From positions 3,552,001 through 3,616,000 of the forward strand of contig OY820579.1 of assembly GCA_963681965.1 (NCBI GenBank): 64,000 nt of DNA, given 5' to 3'. This document shows, piece by piece, positions 49,649 through 59,795 of the stretch. Below the pieces are notes generated by a model that was not told the origin of the DNA, did no database searches, and saw only the letters and a list, made by a program, of their open reading frames with translations. Numbering within the stretch: position 1 is the first letter of the stretch; each line of letters starts with the position of its first letter. A program made the translations under genes and the position numbers. Source of the DNA: a bacterium (GTDB lineage: Bacteria; Electryoneota; JAOADG01).

Positions 49649-50998
49649 CTACTTGATCAGTAACATGCGTCCAGTCAAAGATCGGTTGTCGGCAGTTAAG
49701 CGATAAAAATAGATACCGGAAGTATGATTGCTGGCATCCCAAGTCACTGAGTATGAACCTGCACTCTGACGTCCGTTTGCTAATGTCGCTACGATATTTC
49801 CGGTAAGATCGAACACCTGCAATGTGACATTACTTGGATGTGCGATCGAGTAACGAATCGTCGTTGTCGGATTGAAGGGGTTGGGATATGCCTTCGCTAA
49901 ATCCATTTCGACTGGAAGTGCGGGTGAAATTTCAGTCACGCCATTCACCGTGGTCTTGGTGAAGCTCCAAATCGGTCCGGTAACGGTTCCCCACGAAAAT
50001 ACCGGATCGACTCGCCAGTAATATGTACCGTCACCATTTCGAAGCGAGTCCAAGAGACTACGGGCTGTTCCACTAGCAGTAGAAAGCATCGGTGGTGGAT
50101 TCTGATTACCGGCATACACATTGAAACCCATCGGAGCGGGAGTCGACGGATATTGCCACTCAAGCAGAACAGATGCAGTCTGAACAGTGTCGCCATCGCG
50201 CGGAGCGGGAGTGCTCGGCAATGCTGCAGTCAGCGTCGTGAATGACCACACTGTACCGGTCGTGGCACCGGTTGCGTTCCGCTCATCGATCCGCCAATAG
50301 TAAGTCGTTCCCTGCGTTAAAGCCGAGGTTGTGTAAGAAGTTGTCGTCCGATTTCCAATCGATGCCGGAGGATTAGTTGTTCCGAAAAATACATCGCGCG
50401 ATGTAGCACCGGTTCCGGCAGTCCAAGTCAACGTATTGACACCGGGAGTGACTCCTGTAGCACTGTTTGCTGGAGAAGGATTGGTTGCGGCAGTCGGTAA
50501 CGGAGTTGATTGCTCATTACTCACAATCACTGTGGAATAGTTCTGACCACTGCTCTGCGACGAACCTTGATACCCTGCCAGATACATTCTAATCGTTCCG
50601 GTTCCGGCAGTTGGTGCTGTCCAACTGAATCGAACTGAATCCAGATTATATGTCGTCATGTGAATACCACCGGTTTCACCAGTTGCATTATAGGTTGCAG
50701 TACCGGTTCCGGCGGTAAATGAACCCGCATAACTACTGCCGGTACCGATGCGAACCGAAGCGTTGAAATTGCGGATGGTGGATCCGGAACTATGTCACAG
50801 CGTCAACTGATATACCTGACCGGGAACATAAGTCGTCGGAAAACCGACCAATACTAACGTACCCCCGCTGACGCCATGACAGCTACTGGCGCAAGTACCG
50901 CGAGAACCCGGAGCACCAGAATAGCCGGTACGCGAAGTAGTAGCCATGACTTGAACTGATAAAAGAAGGATGAAAAGAAAGCTTAGCAATTTCCGCAT
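49649..50998 (-). pseudogene. Reeler-like/Fn3/T9SS-CTD protein gene with one in-frame TGA
   Basis: ORFs 50795..50998 and 49649..50659 share a frame. Reading through the TGA (50795-50797) aligns throughout with paralog 51293..52636. Confidence 0.8.
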
Positions 50999-51026
50999 TG
51001 TGATATCCTTTATGATTTGTTAATGG

Positions 51027-51063
51027 TGATAGCGATTATCATTCAGGTTATCCTGATAGACAA
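51027..51063 (-). promoter_or_regulatory. Putative promoter overlapped by a Fur-like box
   Basis: Minus strand TTGTCT-17-GATAAT; 7-1-7 palindrome TGATAGC-G-ATTATCA (12/14 to TGATAAT-N-ATTATCA). Confidence 0.45.
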
Positions 51064-51239
51064 AACGCTGCCCCCCCCCCGCATTAATTAAGAGTACGAA
51101 CAATCCTCTTCGACTGTGAAAGATTTCTCGTGGAGAATTGCATTACGACCCGAGTCACAATTTCCAAAATAATTGAATAAGTATTTACAATAAGTTGGGT
51201 TTGAATACGATTGCTGTAAAACAGTGCGTTATATGTACA

Positions 51240-51273
51240 AAAAAAAACCGGAAACTTCAAGAGAAGTTTCCGG
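51240..51273 (-). terminator. Intrinsic terminator
   Basis: CCGGAAACTTC-AAGA-GAAGTTTCCGG next to an A-run (U tail on the minus strand). Confidence 0.8.
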
Positions 51274-51292
51274 CAGATATTCGAACAATTGA

Positions 51293-52636
51293 TCACTTAA
51301 TGAGTAGCATTCGACCGGTGAAAGACTGGTTATCGGCAGTCAACCGATAGAAATAGATACCGGAATTAAGTTTGCTGGCATCCCACATCACTTCATACGA
51401 TCCAGTGCTCTGACGACCGTTGGCGAGTGTCGCGACGACTTTTCCTGTAAGATCGAAGACCTGCAGGGTCACATTACTAGGATGAGCAATCGAGTACCGA
51501 ATGGTTGTCGTTGGATTGAACGGGTTTGGATACGCAGAGGCAATATTTGTGCTTATTGGTAATGCTCGCGAAATATCAGTTACACCATTGACGGTGGTTT
51601 TGGTGAAACTCCATACCGGACCATTCACCGTACCCCACCCAAATACCTGATTGACTTGCCAATAGTAAACACCATCGCCATCACGCAACGTATCGGAAAA
51701 ACTAGTTGACGTTCCCGAAATCGAAGTTACAAATGGAGGAGGATTCGTTCGACCGGAATTGATCCAAATACTGACTGGCGTTTGCGATCCAGTAAGTTGC
51801 CATGACAACTGCACCGGGGTCGATTGAATCGTAGAATCGCCGGTAATAGGTAATGGATTCGTCGGAAGCGGCGGAGTATAAGTCGTAAACGACCAGATCG
51901 GACCCGTCGTAGTTCCGGTACCGTTCGTTTCATTCACGCGCCAGTAATAAGTAGTGCTATGGACAACCTGTACCGCATTCGATGTATCGGTGCGAGTTCC
52001 CAATGATGGCGGTGGGGTAGTCGTGCCGAAGAAAAATTCCTGCGATGTAGCACCGGTACCTCGCGACCAATGGAGTGTAATCGTTCCCGGAATCACACCG
52101 GTTGCACTATTCACTGGACTGGGATTGCTCGCGGCAGTCGGTGCCGATCCTGCAGCTTCATTGCTCACTGCGGTGAATGTGGAATTGGTACCATTGGCAC
52201 TAGATCCTTGCAATCCACCTAAATAAATTCTCACGGCTCCAGTTCCTGCTGCGGGAGCAGTCCAATTAAATTGACCGGAATCGTGTGTCACCGAAGTAAA
52301 ATGCACACCGCTGGTTTCACCTGTCGCATTATAAATGGACGTATTTAATGCGGCTGCGAGTGTACCGGCAATCGTCGATCCGGTTCCAACGCGAACGGAT
52401 GCATTGAAATTACGGATGACACTACCCGAAGCATGCTTTACTGTCAATAAATATACTTGACCGGGTGTGTAAGTTGCAGGAAAACCCGTGATCGTAATCG
52501 AACCACCCGAAGAACCATGACACGAACTAGCACAAGTACCTCTCGTACCCGGAGCACCGGAATAACCGGTATAAGTACCATGAGCCCAGACTAACGATGA
52601 AATTAGAATCGAAATTGAAAACAATAGCGTACGCAT
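51293..52636 (-). CDS. Secreted Reeler-like/Fn3-like protein with T9SS-type CTD
   Basis: Signal peptide, GYSGAPG..GTCASSCH, WTAP, YYWRV repeats and AYPNPFNP. Confidence 0.85.
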   Translation of the reverse strand: MRTLLFSISILISSLVWAHGTYTGYSGAPGTRGTCASSCHGSSGGSITITGFPATYTPGQVYLLTVKHASGSVIRNFNASVRVGTGSTIAGTLAAALNTSIYNATGETSGVHFTSVTHDSGQFNWTAPAAGTGAVRIYLGGLQGSSANGTNSTFTAVSNEAAGSAPTAASNPSPVNSATGVIPGTITLHWSRGTGATSQEFFFGTTTPPPSLGTRTDTSNAVQVVHSTTYYWRVNETNGTGTTTGPIWSFTTYTPPLPTNPLPITGDSTIQSTPVQLSWQLTGSQTPVSIWINSGRTNPPPFVTSISGTSTSFSDTLRDGDGVYYWQVNQVFGWGTVNGPVWSFTKTTVNGVTDISRALPISTNIASAYPNPFNPTTTIRYSIAHPSNVTLQVFDLTGKVVATLANGRQSTGSYEVMWDASKLNSGIYFYRLTADNQSFTGRMLLIK

Positions 52637-52974
52637 AGAAGATCCCCTACCACTGCATGAAACACGTAAATTGAACTGGAATTCGAAATACGATCAGATT
52701 GGCAACTGCTTCTCTTATTAGTAAATCGTGAAGATATCCACGATCTCTATATGCCCCCCGACAGATCGGTATTTGAAATATGTAATTCGTTGTACGAAGG
52801 ATTTAGGTAGATGGTTGGCGTGAATTATTTCGCAAACTCGCGCCAAATGCCACTTGCAGAGTTGCATAGTATAGTGGTTCACAATAGCAAGTTGTTATCG
52901 ATAATAAGAGGGGACTCTCATGCTCATCGGATAAGATCGTAAGTCCAGACACTCCTATCGCGCACAATAATGTT

Positions 52975-53000
52975 GTAGGTACAGACACTCCTGTCTGTAC
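52975..53000. repeat. GTAG-type REP hairpin
   Basis: GTAG-GTACAGAC-ACTCCT-GTCTGTAC, with a degenerate copy at ~52939. Confidence 0.65.
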
Positions 53001-53131
53001 AAGTTCGGCGAAGTCGAACATCGAATCAAAACGAGTTCTTTTCTGGAGCCACGATATCAATCTTTCAGGAGAAGACGGATTGCGGGTATTTAAATAAAGC
53101 AGAAATGGAATGAATAATATTTATTGAAGCA

Positions 53132-54904
53132 TCAATAACCGAGTGCGAATTTCACCGATGCATTCGCTTGCAATTGCGGTAATCGTATCGATACGACATT
53201 TCCCGATATCGTTGAGTGATTGCGAAGATAGCTACCAAAGGGAATCAATAAATTAGCTGAGACACTTTTTGGAGGAATGAAAGTTAGAGTCATACCGTCG
53301 ACGTTGTCGGAACCGGTATTGGTAATTTTGATATAGTGCCGTTTCTTCTCGGCGATCAGTTCGACTTTAACTTTTGCCCGAGCGCGTATCCATTGGGCAA
53401 CTTGTCGCTCAGTCGTAATCCAATAATTTTCAGTAAACTTCAATCGATCGAGAAATTTCTCGAAACCCGCAGTCAATATCCGATTGTTGAGATTGTCGCT
53501 GTGGATTCGGAATTGGTATAATCCGCCGATATCTAGATTGTAATTCAATTCGCGTTCAAATAATGTGCTCAAAGAATCGAGATTATATGTGTTTCCGTAG
53601 GCAATCCACAAGCTGTCATCGAGGTCGGAATTGGAAAAGACAACAAACCCTTTCCATCGGTTCTCACGGGTTTCATCCGGGATCCATTCGGGATAACGAA
53701 ACGGTTCGCGCGATTCGGAAAAATAATACTCGATCTGGTTTTTCCGCATTGCTATTAAAGTATTGTTGTCGAATGCCGATCTAGGAGGATGAAGTCCAGT
53801 CGGTCGTTTGACAAATTGCATCATAAAATCGAGACCCAATCCAACTCGCTGAGTTTGAACTTCTGCGGGTTGTCCCCACAACAATCCGGGGTGATTGGCT
53901 ATCAGTGAGAAGTCGCTATTCTTTGCGAGAACTTTTAAGATATCGGGATCGGATAACAGCGCCGAAGTACATACATTGTAGGTTATTTTACCGGGATACC
54001 GTGAAAGTACTCGATTGAGTTGTTTCAACTGGTTGAGATTACTCTCGACATCGCAATTTAGAATAACCACAGCCTGTTTTCGCGATTGCCATGGATCGAT
54101 CGAAAGCGACGGTTCTCCCGCAATCCATTTCCAAATAGCGTTCATCGATGTTGCAACGTTATTCTTACCATTGCGGGCATATCCCAGATCGGCTAGATCG
54201 GCAGCACACCAGACAAATCGACCGCCAGTTGGATAAACTCTAGCAGCTACAGCGATTCGATGCACTCCGGTAAGATAGGAAGACGAATTACGATCATTTA
54301 ACCAGTATCCCAATGGGAGGAGATTATCGGATTTCGGTATGGTCAGTTTCTGATGAGATGAATGTACCAAAATTGTTTGCGCCGGTGATACTTCCTTCAA
54401 TGCCGTGACATTGCCGGAAAATTGGATCGCATTGGTCGCATTGGTGGAATCGATCCATTCAGTCGGATCCACTCCGAATACATCGCGCAAATTCGCGTAG
54501 CCAATCCATTCGCCACTGCCATTGAATGCGCCAAATTCGGAACTGGCAAAAACGCCGCCACCGGTATGGAGATACCCTTTCAAACGCAACCAAAGCGCAT
54601 TATCCAACGCCAACACACCAGGAAGGATAATCAAATCGAATTTGGATAAATCCTGCGGCAGAGCGACATCGATCGTTTCGGTTACAACATAGTTCGAGTC
54701 CAGCCCAAGTAAATTTCGAGCTGCAAAATATTGCGATAAATAATTGCGTTCAGGATCTTTCTGTTCGAACGATTGTGCGGTTGCAGAAGGTTTAACCAGC
54801 AAAACCCGAACGGCACTCGCCTCCGTCACGAACAGCACGGTCGCTATCAGAATGGTTATCCAAAATGCATATTTAACTATAGAACGCACTGCATTTATCC
54901 TCAA
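53132..54904 (-). CDS. Exported protein with GATase-like and NodB/deacetylase-like domains
   Basis: FDLIILPG...GGGVFAS, then PW...NCDVE, LHPP and GGLY...H. Confidence 0.7.
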   Translation of the reverse strand: MRINAVRSIVKYAFWITILIATVLFVTEASAVRVLLVKPSATAQSFEQKDPERNYLSQYFAARNLLGLDSNYVVTETIDVALPQDLSKFDLIILPGVLALDNALWLRLKGYLHTGGGVFASSEFGAFNGSGEWIGYANLRDVFGVDPTEWIDSTNATNAIQFSGNVTALKEVSPAQTILVHSSHQKLTIPKSDNLLPLGYWLNDRNSSSYLTGVHRIAVAARVYPTGGRFVWCAADLADLGYARNGKNNVATSMNAIWKWIAGEPSLSIDPWQSRKQAVVILNCDVESNLNQLKQLNRVLSRYPGKITYNVCTSALLSDPDILKVLAKNSDFSLIANHPGLLWGQPAEVQTQRVGLGLDFMMQFVKRPTGLHPPRSAFDNNTLIAMRKNQIEYYFSESREPFRYPEWIPDETRENRWKGFVVFSNSDLDDSLWIAYGNTYNLDSLSTLFERELNYNLDIGGLYQFRIHSDNLNNRILTAGFEKFLDRLKFTENYWITTERQVAQWIRARAKVKVELIAEKKRHYIKITNTGSDNVDGMTLTFIPPKSVSANLLIPFGSYLRNHSTISGNVVSIRLPQLQANASVKFALGY

Positions 54905-57900
54905 AATCGAATCGCTATTGAACCCGTTACACGCTCGCCTTCAAAACGTGTTTGTTCGCGTTGAATCCGGAATACTTCGTAGGAACCACTCAGATCGACA
55001 ACATTGCTGAGGTGATACTGAAGCTTGCACTGACCTAAACCATAACCAGTTGCCGAATGCGAAACGGTGCCGACGTCGGCTCGCAATGAGTATGCGATCC
55101 GCGCATTATCGCGCTTATACATAAACCAGGCACCTACCGCATACCAGTGATCCGGTGTCCAATACTCCATTCGTCGTTTCGTGGCGTGATTGATTTCTCC
55201 GCGCAGTCCTAAATACAATTTAGGTTTGGCTTCGATCGACGGTTCCAATACGGCACGATACACAACAGTCGTATCGCTGACGGAAATCACCGAAGCATCG
55301 ACATCGACAAAACCAACATGCTGGTAATCGTAATGACCTTGGATTCGACCCGTTCTCGATTGTAATTGACCGGTCAATACTTTCAGACTATCGCTCGATG
55401 CGACATCGAAAATCGCATCCCGACCACCAACCGAAACCGACCAAGTTGCCAGATGTATTGAATCAGGCGTAGCATATGTTCCTGAGTACGTGATCGATCC
55501 TGCACCGGTTTTTTTCTTTGCCCACTGGATATATCTTCCCTCGACCGATACTTCATTCATTGGATCGATCTGATAGTGATACCGTAGTAATCCGTAATTA
55601 CCAGTCTCGGAATTTTCGTGCTGCTCAAGTCCCAATGAACCACCGCCAAACTGTAGTTCATGATCGATTAAGATGATACTACCAATCGTACCGCCGATAT
55701 CCCGGATCCACAAATCGGAATTATCGCGATACTGCTCGAAGGTGCCTAAAAAGTAAGTCTTGCGCGGCTTTGACATTAAACCGATTGCATCCATCGCTTC
55801 GCGATTGTTCGGATCGAAATGCAATGCTTGACGATAACAGTACAATGCGGTGGAATAATTCCCTTTTTTCCGTTCGATATTTCCTAGTCCGACAAGACAA
55901 GGAACTGAAGAGCTATCGTTTGCCAGAATATCGGAAAATTCGAATTTAGCGGTAGTCTCGCGACCGGATTTATACAACATTTCAGCATAACCAACCCGGT
56001 ACTTCAACTTCGATGGATACTTCGTCGCTAATAATCGATATATCTCGACAGCATCTTTCTGACGATTCATCCGTTTTAACAGTTCGGCATATTCGCACAC
56101 AATCGCTTCGCTATCGGGTACAATTCGCGACAGCAAATAATACTGAATCAGACCCAGTGAATCTTTTCCAAACGATACCAGCATCGATGCAAATTTGTGT
56201 CGCAATTGAATATCGCCGGGATTATCGCTCAAGGAATGTTCCAATCGCTCGACTTCGAAAGACAATGAATCGTAAGGTTCTGCTGGTTTCGAATCCATCG
56301 TGGGAGTGGGGCTTGGTTGCGGAATCGCTACCGGTACATTCAACGTTGGATTCTGAATACGCGGTGGATTCGATTGTCCATAATTCAGTGTGGATACAAC
56401 GGAAAGTGAAGAATCGATCGATAGAATTGCCGGAACAAATTCACTCTGTGTCTGTCGATGTAAATCGAACAACCGGATCGTTGCCGAATTTGCAATCGGA
56501 TCGAAAGTAGAAATCGGATCGCCCCTAGTCTTATCGAGTACATTGCGATATTGTGCTCTGGCTTCATCGACTCGATTCATTTTCAACAGTAAATCGCCGA
56601 GTAACAGGATCGTCTGACGATCTCGCGGATTATCCACGAGGTCGGCTCGCAGCAGCAATTCAGCACTCTCCAGATCGCGACCCGATGCAATCGTGGTTTG
56701 CGCAATTCCGATCGAAGCTTCGCGCAGTTCGGGATGTTCCGCTTTTACTTCACGATAATCTGCCAAAGCATCGGCAAAGTTGCCGACTTCGCGACTGGCT
56801 TTTGCCCGTTCCAAGCGAATTATGTAATCATCCGGTCGCAAAGCTAAATATGCGCTACAGATCGTCTTCGTCTGACGAAAATCTTTGATTGAGTTGTAAA
56901 AACGAATCGTCTCAAGTAACACGGTAGTATCGGTCGGATTTGATTGTAGTATCGACAAATTCACACGCATCCGATTGCGATCGGAATCATCGCGGGTAGC
57001 AAGAATCTCTTCGGCGACATGAAGGGCAGAAGAATCCATTTGATCGGTTGCAAGTGATATTTGGTTAAGCGAATCGGCAGCCTGAATCCGGTTTAAATCA
57101 AGGTATAGTCGTGCAAGTGCCGAGCGAGTTGCCGATGTCCGATCTTGTGGCAGATATCGAAGAAGTGCCGTTTCGAAATAATCCCGAGCTGTTTCGGCTT
57201 CGGCAATCCGACGCGTCGCATCAACACTGTTTGGCGATTTCGAATAAACTGCACGATACGACTCGATCGCATCGATAAAATGACCCTGCCATAATTCGTG
57301 ATCGCCTTTTAGCAGAAGTGCATCGGTATATCCCGGTGCTTTCGCCAGAAGAGTACTTAATTCGCTGGTAGCTGCGTCAAATCTACGATTCCAACCGAGC
57401 ATCCGCGCCAATTCCATACGAATTTTCAAATCGGCTGGGTGTTGCTGTAAGTATATCCGATAGGCATCGACACTACGATCAATTTCGCCGTTGGCTTCGA
57501 ATGCCCTTGCCGTTTCAAGTAGCGACACCGGCTTCCGCTTTGTCAGGACGGGTATTCGCGATTTGTAAGAAGTCAATCGCGGATCTTTCGATACATTGCT
57601 TCTAAGATAAATTAAATTCGTGTCAAGCGCAGAAGTGTGTTCGAGTTTTTCTAATAATGCTACCAATTCGAACCGCGCATCGATATCGTCCGGCTTTATT
57701 TTCAGGTAGGATTGATATTCGGAGATCGCACCTAAGATCAAGCCGCGGTTTTGAAAAAAATGCGCACGATCAACCTGTTTCGGAACCGGTGTTGCCGACC
57801 AGACCACAACCGGTATCACCCAGAGCAGCATTGCGATCAGGGTTAGCTGCCGGATGAACAAGCCGGAAATGCGATTTGTAACGCTGTTCCGAACTGAACG

Positions 57901-57921
57901 TAATGTCGTGGCGTAGTTCAT
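54901..57921 (-). CDS. TPR + C-terminal beta-barrel protein (PgaA/BcsC-like exporter)
   Basis: Long TPR region (ELARMLGW), then alternating strands with YWTP and a terminal Phe. Confidence 0.72.
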   Translation of the reverse strand: MNYATTLRSVRNSVTNRISGLFIRQLTLIAMLLWVIPVVVWSATPVPKQVDRAHFFQNRGLILGAISEYQSYLKIKPDDIDARFELVALLEKLEHTSALDTNLIYLRSNVSKDPRLTSYKSRIPVLTKRKPVSLLETARAFEANGEIDRSVDAYRIYLQQHPADLKIRMELARMLGWNRRFDAATSELSTLLAKAPGYTDALLLKGDHELWQGHFIDAIESYRAVYSKSPNSVDATRRIAEAETARDYFETALLRYLPQDRTSATRSALARLYLDLNRIQAADSLNQISLATDQMDSSALHVAEEILATRDDSDRNRMRVNLSILQSNPTDTTVLLETIRFYNSIKDFRQTKTICSAYLALRPDDYIIRLERAKASREVGNFADALADYREVKAEHPELREASIGIAQTTIASGRDLESAELLLRADLVDNPRDRQTILLLGDLLLKMNRVDEARAQYRNVLDKTRGDPISTFDPIANSATIRLFDLHRQTQSEFVPAILSIDSSLSVVSTLNYGQSNPPRIQNPTLNVPVAIPQPSPTPTMDSKPAEPYDSLSFEVERLEHSLSDNPGDIQLRHKFASMLVSFGKDSLGLIQYYLLSRIVPDSEAIVCEYAELLKRMNRQKDAVEIYRLLATKYPSKLKYRVGYAEMLYKSGRETTAKFEFSDILANDSSSVPCLVGLGNIERKKGNYSTALYCYRQALHFDPNNREAMDAIGLMSKPRKTYFLGTFEQYRDNSDLWIRDIGGTIGSIILIDHELQFGGGSLGLEQHENSETGNYGLLRYHYQIDPMNEVSVEGRYIQWAKKKTGAGSITYSGTYATPDSIHLATWSVSVGGRDAIFDVASSDSLKVLTGQLQSRTGRIQGHYDYQHVGFVDVDASVISVSDTTVVYRAVLEPSIEAKPKLYLGLRGEINHATKRRMEYWTPDHWYAVGAWFMYKRDNARIAYSLRADVGTVSHSATGYGLGQCKLQYHLSNVVDLSGSYEVFRIQREQTRFEGERVTGSIAIRF

Positions 57922-57925
57922 TGGG

Positions 57926-59773
57926 TCACGGATTCGTTACTACGAAATTGTCGAAAAACGCGGCACCGGTATTCATCGTGCCATTTACTGCCACACCAAA
58001 ACTGGCATTGGTCGAGATTCCGTTTTGCACATTGACCAAAAACATCTGTTGATTGTTGAGATAACAGGTAATCTGCGATCCGGTTTTGACAACTTTCAAG
58101 TTGTAATATGTATTAAGCGAAAATGTCGTACCAGTCGGAGGATAGTATGGTCCTACTCCCATCCAATCGAGTGACCCGTCTTGTCTACCGATATCCGACA
58201 CCACGAAGACACTACCTCGAACCCAATCGAATCCGAAGTAAACCCAGTGGCGTTCGTCGACAAAGATCGGTAACAAACCGACATAATTGAACTCTACATT
58301 CGTTACCATCACATCTGCCGAGATGGTAGCATCGTTTAGCGTCGTGCTGACTTTCTTGAACGCGAAACAACCCCAATTACTTCGACCGGTGACTGCCATC
58401 GCCTGCCGGGTCTGATCCCAGACAATCGATTGCGGTCCGGAATTGCCACCCAATCCGCTCATCATACCGGCATAGATCCATTGATTGCGCACTTCGTCGG
58501 AACTGAAGTTAGCATAATAGACGATATTCTGACGCGCCTGCACCGTTACATAGATCTGAGCAGTCGTGTCCAGCAGTCCATCGGAGGCGGTACAGCGTAT
58601 TACATAATCGCCGGCAGCACCGGGTGCTATCCAGCGCATGAGATAAGGAACACTCATGGTTTGCTGAATACCGCGCATGTCGGTGTCCCAAGTATAGCGA
58701 ATGGAATCGCGGTTGGGATCGATCGCATAGCACTCGACCACCGTCGTATCGAGAATGTAAATCGATTGTGGAGTGGCGAATAACCGGATGATAACCGGTT
58801 TTCGATTGACCGAACCTGTCGGTACAACACTCATATACACACTGTCGCGAACCGGCGAGCTGCTGTTGGCGGAATCGGATACGGCAATTCGACAAATATA
58901 TGTTCCAGCTACTGTGGGAAGATTCCAGATCATCCGCTGACCGTTGACCGTCGATCCCACTGTTCCGACAGTACCACCCGACACCGACCAGGAATAGGAA
59001 AGATTCGAAACAGGAGTATCGGTGTCGCGAACATACACATTGACCCCTACAGTACCAGATACTTCGGCAATCGGCACATCGGTTCGCATCGAATCGATCG
59101 AAGGTGGTATCGCCCCTCGTGGTCGAACTAACACCGAATCGGTTCGCGTATCGGATCGGAATCCATTACTGGCAATAACGACGAATTTCGTATAGCGATT
59201 AAGTGCACTAGAGGGAGCTTTCCATCTTATCGAAGCGCCGGTGTCGCTGATCAAACCGGTCGACGAACAGGTCCAATAGTAGCGTAGCGTCAAACCCGAT
59301 GTATCGCTGGCAACGCAGGTAACAGTGACAGTATCGCCAATCGCAACACCTGAAGGTGAATGTGTCACCGAAGTGATTTTGGGAGTCCCGTGAGGATTCA
59401 CGGCAACCGAATCGGAATCGGAAGAGGAATGCCATCGATCCGATACAGTTACGTAAATCATGTACTTTTGATCGCGCGAGAGTTGTGCCAACCACCGTAC
59501 TTTATAACCCACGGTATCCAATAGACCACCGCTCGGACAACTCCATTTGTAGGCAATCGTTTCGTGACTTTCGCTGTTTGCGTTGCATTGAAACGTCACG
59601 GTATCGCCTTCATTGACCGGATACGGCCAGTACTGAATCGAAAAGATCTGGGGTGGTGCTATTTTATCGCCGGGATTGGTACTCTCGGTAGTGCACGATC
59701 CTAATAACATTGCAACGATGGCACAAATTAAGATGACAATTGTCAATCGATTGTGCGACGCGACGTTACTCAT
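57926..59773 (-). CDS. Lipoprotein with four Ig/PKD-like repeats and a ConA-like C-terminal domain
   Basis: Lipobox LGSC, repeated Y.W...G....W.AP and terminal FFDNFVV. Confidence 0.78.
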   Translation of the reverse strand: MSNVASHNRLTIVILICAIVAMLLGSCTTESTNPGDKIAPPQIFSIQYWPYPVNEGDTVTFQCNANSESHETIAYKWSCPSGGLLDTVGYKVRWLAQLSRDQKYMIYVTVSDRWHSSSDSDSVAVNPHGTPKITSVTHSPSGVAIGDTVTVTCVASDTSGLTLRYYWTCSSTGLISDTGASIRWKAPSSALNRYTKFVVIASNGFRSDTRTDSVLVRPRGAIPPSIDSMRTDVPIAEVSGTVGVNVYVRDTDTPVSNLSYSWSVSGGTVGTVGSTVNGQRMIWNLPTVAGTYICRIAVSDSANSSSPVRDSVYMSVVPTGSVNRKPVIIRLFATPQSIYILDTTVVECYAIDPNRDSIRYTWDTDMRGIQQTMSVPYLMRWIAPGAAGDYVIRCTASDGLLDTTAQIYVTVQARQNIVYYANFSSDEVRNQWIYAGMMSGLGGNSGPQSIVWDQTRQAMAVTGRSNWGCFAFKKVSTTLNDATISADVMVTNVEFNYVGLLPIFVDERHWVYFGFDWVRGSVFVVSDIGRQDGSLDWMGVGPYYPPTGTTFSLNTYYNLKVVKTGSQITCYLNNQQMFLVNVQNGISTNASFGVAVNGTMNTGAAFFDNFVVTNP

Positions 59774-59795
59774 AATCCAACTCGCTCTCTTTCGA

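Noticed and set aside
50795-50797. Selenocysteine codon
   Set aside because: The TGA aligns with Lys, not Cys, in the paralog, and the downstream stem loop (CCACC) lacks the G expected of a bacterial SECIS.
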